Positions 20,022-29,549 of a stretch of 64,000 nucleotides of DNA are shown in pieces. The notes beneath the pieces were generated by a model. The model was not told the origin of the DNA and made no database searches. It worked only from the letters and a program-made list of their open reading frames with translations. The position numbers and the translations under genes are program-made. The stretch is from Candidatus Poribacteria bacterium (GTDB lineage: Bacteria > Poribacteria > WGA-4E > WGA-3G), in the NCBI GenBank assembly GCA_965214095.1, contig OZ243938.1:206482-270481 (forward strand). Direction: 5' to 3'. Every line of letters starts with the position of its first letter. The first letter of the stretch is position 1.

Positions 20022-20837
20022 GTGAATTTTGTTCAGTTGACAGATGCACAACGAAATGAATTTGAAGAAAACGGGTTTTTTATTGTCCGTTCAGTGCTTG
20101 ACGAAGATATGGTTGCACGTCTGACTGAAGCGGCTGATCGTATCGTTAAAGAACGAGAGACAGATGCACAATATGTACATATACGTGATGGGTTGGTTCA
20201 AGAACCTGCATTCGCAGAATTGACATCACAGACTCATGCGATTCCATTAGTCATTCAACTACTGGGTACTAATCTCCACATTACCAATACTGCCCTTCTC
20301 TACAAACGTCCGCAGCCACGCGAACTACCAGAGAATCGTGGATGGCACCGCGATGTCGGTTTACATTTAGATCTTGGACACAGAGATTGTCCACGGGTTG
20401 GTTTGAAAGTGGCATATTGTCTAACGGATTGTAATGTTCCAAATTCTGGTGCAACATTATTTATACCAAAGAGCCACGTATCTGGTGAACCTTTGGGTAT
20501 TCCAGAAGGTAAACTTGACCCTGTTGAACCTTATGCCGAACCATTACTCCGGGCAGGGGATGCGTATTTTTTTGAAAACCGAATTTACCATACCACTGGA
20601 CTAAACTTCACGGATCAGACAGCGAAAATAGTAATATACGGTTATCATTATTCTTGGATAAAGCCTGAAGGATATTTATTGTATTACAACGACAGACAAC
20701 AACCAGACGAAGATGTATTGAATAAGGTTGATGACCTTGGTAAACAGTTTCTCGGTGGAGGTGGCGGGGCAGTTGCACAATGGGCAACGGAACATAATCT
20801 CACATTGGAACAAGCACCGCAGTCTATTACTATATGA
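20022..20837 (+). CDS. PhyH-family dioxygenase
   Basis: GTG start with GGGAGA SD. PhyH-like HRD...H layout. Confidence 0.65.
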   Translation: MNFVQLTDAQRNEFEENGFFIVRSVLDEDMVARLTEAADRIVKERETDAQYVHIRDGLVQEPAFAELTSQTHAIPLVIQLLGTNLHITNTALLYKRPQPRELPENRGWHRDVGLHLDLGHRDCPRVGLKVAYCLTDCNVPNSGATLFIPKSHVSGEPLGIPEGKLDPVEPYAEPLLRAGDAYFFENRIYHTTGLNFTDQTAKIVIYGYHYSWIKPEGYLLYYNDRQQPDEDVLNKVDDLGKQFLGGGGGAVAQWATEHNLTLEQAPQSITI

Positions 20838-20902
20838 ACTAAGTAGCTACTTACTGAATCTGACATACTCCCTCACCTAATGAAGTTTGACGTTCAGGGT
20901 AT

Positions 20903-20954
20903 CCGTAGGGGCGATTTAGAAAGGTCCAGAGGGTTGAGAAACCCAACCCCTACG
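20903..20954. terminator. Nested GC-rich hairpin (ccgtagggg ... gggtt-gaga-aaccc ... cccctacg) between convergent stops. Possible bidirectional terminator or structured RNA.
   Basis: 9-bp outer stem enclosing a 5-bp inner stem, read directly. Confidence 0.3.
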
Positions 20955-21005
20955 TTTACATTACCGAATTTGAATATCAAACTTCATAAGGTACCAACAT
21001 AGATT

Positions 21006-21401
21006 TTATTCTTTCAGATAACTTGTCTGAACAATAGTTTTCATCCCGCCGCGTATGTTAAAATCACCGACTATTTCTGCTGTTCTCGGTTGACATGCAG
21101 TCACAAAATCCTCAAGAACTTTATTTACTAAATGTTCATGAAAGATACCTATATCTCTGAAGGATACGAAATACTCTTTCAATGATTTTAGTTCAATGCA
21201 GTACTTGTCTGGAACATAGGTAATAGTGATTGTTGCGAAGTCTGGTAATCCTGTTTTTGGACAGACAGTAGTAAATTCTAAATTGGTAATTTCAATGGTG
21301 TAATCTCTATCGCTATATTGGTTTTTCCATGTTTCAATTGTAGGTGTTTTTAGATCGCGTATATGTGATTGTAAATCGTCATAATCTGAATGTATGCTCA
21401 T
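21006..21401 (-). CDS. queF: NADPH-dependent 7-cyano-7-deazaguanine (preQ0) reductase
   Basis: CPKTGLPDFATITITYVPDKYCIELKSLKEYFVSFRDIGIFHE matches the QueF type-I core. 131 aa. Confidence 0.8.
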   Translation of the reverse strand: MSIHSDYDDLQSHIRDLKTPTIETWKNQYSDRDYTIEITNLEFTTVCPKTGLPDFATITITYVPDKYCIELKSLKEYFVSFRDIGIFHEHLVNKVLEDFVTACQPRTAEIVGDFNIRGGMKTIVQTSYLKE

Positions 21402-21683
21402 TCGACCATCCTTAAGATGTTTGTGCTGTTTATATCTTGGCCTTTATAGTATCTCATATATTTAGAAGAATATCTCATTAATGATTGATACATTATACCG
21501 TATATCAGCAATTTGATGCAATGATGTTTGAAGATATGAGGTAAAGAACTTCTCACAATCGGGAGCATAAACCCCTTCACTCATGTGTGTATTTATCTGA
21601 TTAATCTTGACAACCGACATTCTAATTGCTATTGTATTCACATCTAACAATTATCCTTTTCATACAATTTTGAAGGTGTCTAT

Positions 21684-22502
21684 ATGAAATTAACCGAGAA
21701 ACAGGTCAATTACTTTAACACATTTGGATTCCTTTTTATTTCAAACATGTTCTCATCAAGTGAAATTGAGTGGATAACAGAAGAGTTTGAAATTACAATC
21801 CAAGAATTTGGTGGTGGAAAGAACCATGATGGTTCACAACGTACGATGTTTGGTGGTCCTATAGAACATCGTCCTCGCCTCTGCACACTGCTTGATGATG
21901 AACGTATAAGGGGTTTGATAGGCGGTGTCATCGGGGAAGATTTCAACTATGCAGGTGGAGATGGAAACTATTACGCAGGTGATACAGGGTGGCATCCTGA
22001 TGGAAGTTGGGGCAGACTCTTCTCCATTAAAGTTGCTTTCTACCTTGATGAATTGACGCGAGATACTGGATGTTTACGCATTTTACCCGGTAGTCAGAAT
22101 CCAGCACATTTTGTTAGGGCACAACAGATAGATCCAAATCAATCCGAAACCTTATTTGGAGTTCCACCTGAGGACTTCCCAACCAGTATTGCGTTGGAAA
22201 GTTCTCCAGGAGATGTGGTAATATTCAATCACGATACTTACCATGCATCTTTTGGTGGTGGGACACGACGACGGATGTTTACGATGAACTGTACACAACA
22301 TTGCACATCGACAGAAGATTTGGAAACTTTGAACCAATATTTGAGTGTCCATTCAGCAGGTGGATACAATATTGACACAGGTGCGGGTATGTTCTTTCCG
22401 ACTATGATTGACACAGCAGATGAGACACGTAGGAAACATCTACAACAATGTAGTGATATTCATGATGTGTTATTTCCTCAATATGCGCGTAAATCTAAAT
22501 GA
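21684..22502 (+). CDS. PhyH-family dioxygenase
   Basis: WHPDGSW ... HDTYHAS pattern. Confidence 0.65.
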   Translation: MKLTEKQVNYFNTFGFLFISNMFSSSEIEWITEEFEITIQEFGGGKNHDGSQRTMFGGPIEHRPRLCTLLDDERIRGLIGGVIGEDFNYAGGDGNYYAGDTGWHPDGSWGRLFSIKVAFYLDELTRDTGCLRILPGSQNPAHFVRAQQIDPNQSETLFGVPPEDFPTSIALESSPGDVVIFNHDTYHASFGGGTRRRMFTMNCTQHCTSTEDLETLNQYLSVHSAGGYNIDTGAGMFFPTMIDTADETRRKHLQQCSDIHDVLFPQYARKSK

Positions 22503-22578
22503 TACATTTCTCTTGTCATTTGATTGGATATATGTTATTTTAACATGTATTCCATCCAACACCAACAAGGACAATTCA

Positions 22579-24954
22579 TTGAAGTTTCGAACTACATTTC
22601 TCTGTTTCATTTTATTCTGTAGCATGATTTCCTTTAAAGCTACAGCGAATCCTCAAAAGGTGCATACCCAACTCCCAACGAACTCAGTAGCAATGAGCGA
22701 TGATGCACTTTCCACATTTTTTAATCCCGCCGGCTTAGGAACCAGTCGCGCACTCAACTTATATTATCTAAGAACTTACCATAGTGATTATCCAGGTGAT
22801 GATGCGTTCTTTGTATCTGCCCCGGGTGGTGGATTTGGTATGGAATTCGCAAACGCACCAAACGATATAGATTTCACACGTTATAGTCTCTCGGCAGGAC
22901 GACATTTCGGTAGTTCCTTGTATTGGGGAACTTCTTATAGTTGGATAAACTCTGATGACACTGAGTATGATAAATTCAAATCGGTGTCTGTCGGTATGAT
23001 GTATCGCCGCAGGTTTTTCTCAATCGGTGCGATTGGCAGGGATCTAAATCGTCCCAAAATAGAGAATCAGAAGATAGGCAGAACGTATGATGTAGGAATT
23101 GCACTACGGCCGGGAACATGGCGAACAACGTTGTCTGTAGATATGCGAAAAGTACAGGATATTCCTGGATTAGACTTTAGCTATGGTGTGGAAATTCGTC
23201 CAATTCGGGAATTAATGTTTCGCGGAACATATAACAGTGATAATAGTTTTGATATTCGATTCGGCATTAATATCGGCAACTATGGTATTGGAAGTGCAAA
23301 CTACTATGAAGAAAGTAGAAAATCAAATGCAGGAGTGGGGTACTTCCATTTTTCTACAGCCGCAATTACAAAATCCATAATGCGTAAACGTCATTTTGTC
23401 AGAATGAAATTGGCGGAAGTAGATAGCGTATTACGGATTGCGAAATGGGATAAAGATGTTGCTGGGGCACTCATAGAAATTTCCGGTAGCAACTACGGCA
23501 TGGGTAGGTATCAGGAATTCCGTGATGCTATTTTGGATTTCAAGAAATCAGGTAAAGTTGTCATCTCCTATCTCACCGGTTGCACCTCTGGAGAATATAT
23601 CGTTGCTTCAGCATGTGATTCTATTCTCATGCATCCGAGTACTGATTTGCGATTAATTGGAATACGCAGCGAACCCATGTTCTATAAAGGTTTGTTGGAT
23701 AAGATTGGAATCAGGGCGCTTCTTGAGAATATTGGTGAGTATAAATCTGCAACAGAAGCATTTACACGAAGTAAAATGTCAGAACCGTATCTCGAAAACA
23801 TGAATGCTATCCTTGATGATCTGTATGATCAATTGACGAATGAAATTGCATCGGCGCGTGGTTGGACACAAGATTTCGTGAAACAGTTGATAGACAATGG
23901 TCCATATACTGCGAATGAAGCCATCAGAAATAACCTTGTTGATGAAATCACATATTCAGACGGTTTGCATCATAGAGCAGAAAAACTATCTGGTACAGAT
24001 GTTAATTTTGTGGATGTCAATGATTATATTAGAAGTGGTTTATTTCCACAGGAATGGTCTGTACCAAAACCCAAAATCGCGGTCATTGAAGCAGAAGGTA
24101 TGATGATGACAGGAGAAAGTTTTACAGACCCATTCACAGGTACAAAAGTGATGGGTGCTGATACGATTGTTCGTGCAGTCAACTATACACGTTATGATGA
24201 TTCAATCAAAGCCGTGGTCTTAAGGGTTGATACTGGTGGCGGACTGGTCATTGCTGCAGATGTTATTTGGAATGAACTTGTGGAACTCACTGTAAAGAAA
24301 CCGCTTATCATTTCTATGGGGGACATTGCTGCATCTGGTGGATATTATATAGCTGCCCCCGCGGATGTAATTGTTGCTGAACCTGGGACAATAACAGGTT
24401 CTATAGGCGTTATTGGTGGGAAGTATAGTTATAAAGGACTATTTGAAAAACTTGGCATACACAGAGAGATATTAAAACGAGGAAAAAATGCAGATTTTTA
24501 TAGTAATTTTTCAGATTACCCACCAGAAGAACAAGCGATCATAAAAAAACAAATTAAAGAGATATACAATGATTTTGTAGCTAAAGTAACTCGCGGTAGA
24601 AGACTCTTAAACAGAACTGAGGTGGAAAAGGTCGCACAAGGACTTATTTGGACTGGAAAGCAAGCGAAAAAGAACGGGTTGGTTGACGAACTGGGTGGAC
24701 TCAGTAAAGCACTATCTATCGCGCAAATAAGAGCAGGACTGGAGAATAGACATGTTGAGATTGTCCGATTACCAAGACCATCAGCATTAATTCAATTATT
24801 GGGAAACATCCAGATGATGTCTACAAATAGAACATCACAAATACATAATATCCTTCAATCCACTGGGCAAAACGATAGTTTAAATCTGATTGATATATTG
24901 AGAAAACATCGGATTTTTCTGTTAGCACCCTTTGATATAAATGTTGGTATGTGA
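22579..24954 (+). CDS. sppA: Signal peptide peptidase SppA (two S49 domains) with an N-terminal ~290-aa NPAGL-motif domain
   Basis: TTG start chosen (AAGGA SD 7 nt upstream); it yields signal peptide MKFRTTFLCFILFCSMISFKATA. The longer listed ORF overlaps the upstream gene. Two ClpP/crotonase-like S49 domains. N-terminal FFNPAGLG motif. Confidence 0.65.
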   Translation: MKFRTTFLCFILFCSMISFKATANPQKVHTQLPTNSVAMSDDALSTFFNPAGLGTSRALNLYYLRTYHSDYPGDDAFFVSAPGGGFGMEFANAPNDIDFTRYSLSAGRHFGSSLYWGTSYSWINSDDTEYDKFKSVSVGMMYRRRFFSIGAIGRDLNRPKIENQKIGRTYDVGIALRPGTWRTTLSVDMRKVQDIPGLDFSYGVEIRPIRELMFRGTYNSDNSFDIRFGINIGNYGIGSANYYEESRKSNAGVGYFHFSTAAITKSIMRKRHFVRMKLAEVDSVLRIAKWDKDVAGALIEISGSNYGMGRYQEFRDAILDFKKSGKVVISYLTGCTSGEYIVASACDSILMHPSTDLRLIGIRSEPMFYKGLLDKIGIRALLENIGEYKSATEAFTRSKMSEPYLENMNAILDDLYDQLTNEIASARGWTQDFVKQLIDNGPYTANEAIRNNLVDEITYSDGLHHRAEKLSGTDVNFVDVNDYIRSGLFPQEWSVPKPKIAVIEAEGMMMTGESFTDPFTGTKVMGADTIVRAVNYTRYDDSIKAVVLRVDTGGGLVIAADVIWNELVELTVKKPLIISMGDIAASGGYYIAAPADVIVAEPGTITGSIGVIGGKYSYKGLFEKLGIHREILKRGKNADFYSNFSDYPPEEQAIIKKQIKEIYNDFVAKVTRGRRLLNRTEVEKVAQGLIWTGKQAKKNGLVDELGGLSKALSIAQIRAGLENRHVEIVRLPRPSALIQLLGNIQMMSTNRTSQIHNILQSTGQNDSLNLIDILRKHRIFLLAPFDINVGM

Positions 24955-24977
24955 GCATAATCTTAGGTTTAAAATGA

Positions 24978-25640
24978 ATGTGGAATTCAAGGCAGCTTAT
25001 GATGTCACCTTCTGATGCATTTGTTAGAGCACGTCAGAATATGGTTAGAAGACAGATTAAAGGACGTGGTGTTCGTGATCGGAATATTCTCGCTGCGATG
25101 GAAAAAATTGAGAGACATCGGTTTGTTTCATCAGAATATCATAAATCAGCATATCAAGATAGACCACTTTCAATAGAGTATGGACAAACGATTTCACAAC
25201 CCTATATTGTGGCATTGATGACAGAATTGCTTAAATTGAATAGCGGATCTAAAGTGCTTGAAATTGGAACAGGTTGTGGCTACCAAACCGCTGTTTTAGC
25301 AGAAGTTGCCAATGAAGTTTATTCGGTTGAAATCCTACCTGAACTTGCAAAAATTGCGAAGAAAAGATTAGCTGCACTCAACTATCATAACATAAAACTA
25401 AAACAGGGTAACGGTCATTTTGGATGGATTGAACAGGCACCCTATGATGGCGTGCTGGTGTCTGCAGCACCAGATCGGATACCTTTTCGTCTAACACAGC
25501 AGCTTGATGAAGGTGGACGAATGGTTATTCCAGTTGGTTCCAATATACAAGAACTCTTATTAATCAAGAAGGTTTCTGGTAAAGTAGAAACGACATCTAT
25601 CACAGGAGTTAGTTTTGTTCCAATGACTGGTGCCACGTAG
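24978..25640 (+). CDS. pcm: Protein-L-isoaspartate O-methyltransferase
   Basis: LEIGTGCGYQTAVLAE SAM motif. ~220 aa. Confidence 0.8.
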   Translation: MWNSRQLMMSPSDAFVRARQNMVRRQIKGRGVRDRNILAAMEKIERHRFVSSEYHKSAYQDRPLSIEYGQTISQPYIVALMTELLKLNSGSKVLEIGTGCGYQTAVLAEVANEVYSVEILPELAKIAKKRLAALNYHNIKLKQGNGHFGWIEQAPYDGVLVSAAPDRIPFRLTQQLDEGGRMVIPVGSNIQELLLIKKVSGKVETTSITGVSFVPMTGAT

Positions 25641-25648
25641 GAGAAATA

Positions 25649-26605
25649 ATGTTAAGTATAAAATTGAAAAGTTGCTTTTTCCTGTTAATAATAGCGATAT
25701 CCACAACATCTGCCAATGCAGCATTTAATGACATTGGTGTGGGGGCGCGTCCCCTCGGTCTTGGTGGTGCATTTGTTGCCCTCGCGGATGATAGCAATGC
25801 TGCAAACTATAATGCAGCAGGATTGGCTTATATTGACGAGAGTCAGATTGGGGTAACATACTCTCAGCGATTTAGCGGATTGATTAACTACATTGGGATT
25901 AGTGGAATTGTTCCCATCGGAGCCATCGGTACACTTGGTGCAAATATAGGTATCCTATCTGAAAGCTCAGACATATATAAAGAACAATCCATACGGATAA
26001 CGTATGCACGCAAACTATTTCAGCAATTGGGATTGGGGTTAAACATTAAGCACTACAGTACCAATTATGATTCAGAAAACGAGTTCGTTGCTTCAAACCC
26101 ATATTTCACTGAGACATCAAGCTCGGCAGTGTCACTCGATGTAGGTCTATTAGCAAAACCGGTGAAGAGCCTAAATCTCGGTTTATCATTAGAGAATTTG
26201 GTGCCTGCGGATGTCAGTATTTCTGAAGAAGAAACGGATACGGTCCCAATGAGTATCAGAACAGGTATTGCTTACAAACTGGAATCTATCGCTGAGATGA
26301 GTGTGCAGGGTGCTGCTATTACAAATATATTACGAGAAACCCTAGCAACAGTGGATATACTTTCTCGCAATGGTGAACTCTACACACGAATTGGTGTAGA
26401 AATGTGGGTGAATCCATCCATTGGTGTGCGAGGTGGGTACAGTATAAAAATTAGTGGGAATTCAGCAAACACACTCAACCTTGGTGGCAGTGCCAAGATA
26501 CCGATAGGTGGTACAGCACTGCAGCTTGATTACGGTTTTCAGCTGCTGACAGGAGACCTACAGGACAACACAACACAACGATTCTCAGTTAATCTTTTGT
26601 TCTAA
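25649..26605 (+). CDS. PorV/PorQ (FadL-like) family outer-membrane beta-barrel protein
   Basis: Signal peptide. GARPLGLGGAFVALADDSNAANYNAAGLA motif. C-terminal aromatic residue. Confidence 0.5.
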   Translation: MLSIKLKSCFFLLIIAISTTSANAAFNDIGVGARPLGLGGAFVALADDSNAANYNAAGLAYIDESQIGVTYSQRFSGLINYIGISGIVPIGAIGTLGANIGILSESSDIYKEQSIRITYARKLFQQLGLGLNIKHYSTNYDSENEFVASNPYFTETSSSAVSLDVGLLAKPVKSLNLGLSLENLVPADVSISEEETDTVPMSIRTGIAYKLESIAEMSVQGAAITNILRETLATVDILSRNGELYTRIGVEMWVNPSIGVRGGYSIKISGNSANTLNLGGSAKIPIGGTALQLDYGFQLLTGDLQDNTTQRFSVNLLF

Positions 26606-26622
26606 AGAAAGGAATATATACC

Positions 26623-28026
26623 ATGAAAAATACCCTCCTAAATACTCTCTTCATCATCTGGATAATAGTAGTACCACAGAGCTATAGTGCAGTAACTTCT
26701 ATCGGTGAGATTAACGTCGTTGGAGAAACCAAAGGAATTGTCCCGGCAAGTTCTACTGTGCCATTGCTTGTTACACTTTCAATTGATAGGTCTTTGGCAG
26801 AACCCGGTGAAGAAATCAAGACTATTGAAATTACGATGCCAAAAGGTTTTCAAACCAGCGTAACAGATTTTAAAGGCATCACGCGCGATGGAGAAAAACT
26901 ACTGGCTTCTGTCAACATTTCTGGTGGAAATGTCATACGTGTGGAACTTGCACAGGACATTAGAGATTTCCAAAATTCAATATATGACATTTTATTTGAT
27001 GCACGTACACCTAACACCATTTTTTTAGCAGAATTCAAAGTCATATTACGTAATAATGAAGATACACCAATTGGTGAATTTATACGTGCAGGACAAGCAG
27101 ATTCAAAACTGAATAATGACGATTTTACACTGCAGATCATTCCAAATGTTCCGCCTGCACCTGTTACTTCTTTCACTGCTGCAGCCGATACAACCGGTGA
27201 AAATGATGTAACACTCCGTTGGCAAAAATCAGAAGACCCTGATGTCAATGGATACATTATTTATAGAGACGTTGAAACCGTAATTAATGTAGAGAACCGT
27301 GCTGCTACAACATATCGGGATGTCAATGTTCCTCCAGGAGAACATACATATCAGATTGCTGCATACAAGTCTATATATTTACAATCTGAGCGTTCTACTG
27401 AACAGAAAGTGGTTGTGTCAGAAGATTCTGCTGCGCCGCTTCCCCCGACCGCAATCAAAATTGAAGCAAAAATGGAAGGTGTAGAATTAACTTGGAATGC
27501 TAGTGTCAGTCGTGATGTTACTAAGTATAAGATATGGTTCGGTTCGTCTGAAGCAACGACGCTTGAACCGCTTATGGAAGGTGAGATTACTGTTAATGAC
27601 ACCTCAAATGGATCATCGGAATATATGTACTTTGATCAAAGAACAATACCGAAAGGTAGTTTTACATTTACATATTCAGTGACGGCTATAGATGAGGCAG
27701 GAAATGAATCTGCACCTACGAAGAAAAGACTTAGAGTATTTGATAGACCATTCCCAAATCCATTTACTCCCCTTTCTGGTGATTCTGACTTTAACACCGT
27801 AGTTTTTCCAAAACGGACAATTGAAGACAGTGAAGGAGAATTCAATGTACTTCTCTTTAACCTAAATGGTGTTCTTGTAAAATCTCTAACAGCACAACTT
27901 GATGAAGACGAACTTCGTTGGGATGGTAAGAATGAAAGCGGTGAGGTAGTTGAGAGTGGTATTTATATCTATCAATTGCAAGTTGGGGATAGTTTTGCAA
28001 CAGGGACAATAATTGTAGCAAAATAA
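26623..28026 (+). CDS. Secreted Fn3-repeat protein with a T9SS-type (Por secretion tail / FlgD-Ig-like) C-terminal domain
   Basis: Signal peptide. Two Fn3-like modules (TLRWQKSEDPDVNGYIIYR, ELTWNASVSRDVTKYKIWFG). C-terminus NPFTP...LFNLNGVLV...SGIYIYQL...IIVAK. Confidence 0.55.
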   Translation: MKNTLLNTLFIIWIIVVPQSYSAVTSIGEINVVGETKGIVPASSTVPLLVTLSIDRSLAEPGEEIKTIEITMPKGFQTSVTDFKGITRDGEKLLASVNISGGNVIRVELAQDIRDFQNSIYDILFDARTPNTIFLAEFKVILRNNEDTPIGEFIRAGQADSKLNNDDFTLQIIPNVPPAPVTSFTAAADTTGENDVTLRWQKSEDPDVNGYIIYRDVETVINVENRAATTYRDVNVPPGEHTYQIAAYKSIYLQSERSTEQKVVVSEDSAAPLPPTAIKIEAKMEGVELTWNASVSRDVTKYKIWFGSSEATTLEPLMEGEITVNDTSNGSSEYMYFDQRTIPKGSFTFTYSVTAIDEAGNESAPTKKRLRVFDRPFPNPFTPLSGDSDFNTVVFPKRTIEDSEGEFNVLLFNLNGVLVKSLTAQLDEDELRWDGKNESGEVVESGIYIYQLQVGDSFATGTIIVAK

Positions 28027-28044
28027 GTCAGCCATTTCAAAGCC

Positions 28045-28073
28045 TCGGTAGATGCGGTTTCCTAACCACATCA
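28045..28073. repeat. REP1-family degenerate copy (ctcggtagatgcggtttcctaaccacatc)
   Basis: Shares cggtagatgcggtttcctaacc with the 18005-18034 copy, in reverse orientation. Confidence 0.45.
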
Positions 28074-28307
28074 TAAGTAGCAATTTAGGAATCATGCCAA
28101 TTGTTGGAGGGTTTAAAACTCGTATTATACAGGTTAATACTTACAAAACCTATTAACAAGAGACTCCGACACTTATGTTGTTAATACCGATCTCACACAG
28201 ATAAAATTATAGAGTGTTTCTTATCAACCTATTGACTTAATTACAATATAACAAGTATACTATATTTCATATTCTTATCTAAGAAAACAATTTGTAAAGG
28301 AGCAAGC

Positions 28308-29336
28308 ATGAAAAGATTAAAGACAGTTTTATTTCCATCACACATAATTGCATTAACTATTATTTTTAGTTTATTGATTTCCTTACCAGCTATGGCAGGG
28401 TGGCTTGTCTTGCAAGAAAATGATCCCGCTATCAGAGATTATATGTCAATCTTTTTTACTGGTGAAAAAACAGGGTGGGTTGTAGGTTCAGCTGCATTTG
28501 AAGATTATGAAAATCCAGGATTCATTGGATTTACGTTGAATGGCGGAAAAACTTGGAATAGATCCGAACTCAGGCTGGAATCTGATTTAACTGATTTATA
28601 CTTTTTTGATGAAAAACACGGTTGGGCAGTAGGACAAAATGGCTTAATCGCCAATACAACTAACGGCAAAGATTGGGAACTTCAAGTCAGTAAGGTTCCT
28701 GGTTTAGCACTTACAAACGTCAATTTTGTCAATGAAAAAGTTGGATACGCAGTTGGCGAGAACGAAACTATTCTTTCAACGAAGAATGGCGGACGACAAT
28801 GGAAAATCATAAAAGGTGGACAGCTCGGTTCTGGTATTGGTGATGATGAGACAACTATGTTTAACTCAGTTCAGTTTCTTGATGAAAAGACTGGATTTGT
28901 TGCTGGCATACGCGTTTTCCCCAACGAGAAAACACAGAAAAGCGTTATCATGAAAACCGAAGATGGTGCACAAACGTGGATTTCTCAAGAGACTGGTCAA
29001 GAAGATATTCTTGAAGACATATACATGCTAAATAAGGATACAGGTTGGGCAGTCGGTGAAAACGGTATTATTCTCCATACAAAAGACGGTGGAGCAACGT
29101 GGAAGAAACAGGTAAGTGGAACTGAAGAGACACTCCGTAGTGTCCATTTTGCAAGTGAAAAAGTTGGACTTACCGTTGGCGGCGAACTCGGTGTCGGTGT
29201 CTATATCACTACTACCGACGGTGGTCAGACATGGACTATTGAAAGTACAAAACAGAAAATGATGAAGGCACATTTTCTTAACATCAATCATGTTTGGTTA
29301 GCAGGTTCAACAGGGTTGATCATGAAGAAAGAATAA
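28308..29336 (+). CDS. BNR-repeat / Ycf48-like beta-propeller protein (secreted)
   Basis: Signal peptide. Repeated T.[DN]GG.TW BNR motifs (TNGGKTW, TKNGGRQW, TEDGAQTW, TKDGGATW, TTDGGQTW). Confidence 0.55.
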   Translation: MKRLKTVLFPSHIIALTIIFSLLISLPAMAGWLVLQENDPAIRDYMSIFFTGEKTGWVVGSAAFEDYENPGFIGFTLNGGKTWNRSELRLESDLTDLYFFDEKHGWAVGQNGLIANTTNGKDWELQVSKVPGLALTNVNFVNEKVGYAVGENETILSTKNGGRQWKIIKGGQLGSGIGDDETTMFNSVQFLDEKTGFVAGIRVFPNEKTQKSVIMKTEDGAQTWISQETGQEDILEDIYMLNKDTGWAVGENGIILHTKDGGATWKKQVSGTEETLRSVHFASEKVGLTVGGELGVGVYITTTDGGQTWTIESTKQKMMKAHFLNINHVWLAGSTGLIMKKE

Positions 29337-29549
29337 ACCGAATCAGATTTTGTTACATTGAAGATGGGTGTTAATCGCATAAACTGAACGAGTCTTGTTT
29401 GCGTCTAATACGATTGAGTAGTGCTATCAGACCAGTTATGCAACACACTTCTCTATTCCCAAAACACAATTACAATCATCATATAAAATTGTAATTTAAG
29501 GGCATTCTCACTATATTGAAACAAATAGTGAGAAGAAAAGGAGGTCATT

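Noticed and set aside
21402-21683. preQ1 riboswitch upstream of queF
   Set aside because: The leader (…AAGATATAAACAGCACAAACATCTTAAGGATGG) does not fit the preQ1-I or preQ1-II stem-loop plus A-rich tail consensus.
22408-22578. Long N-terminal extension of the SppA ORF starting at 22408
   Set aside because: It would overlap the upstream PhyH gene by 95 nt. A TTG at 22579 with an AAGGA SD gives a clean signal peptide instead.
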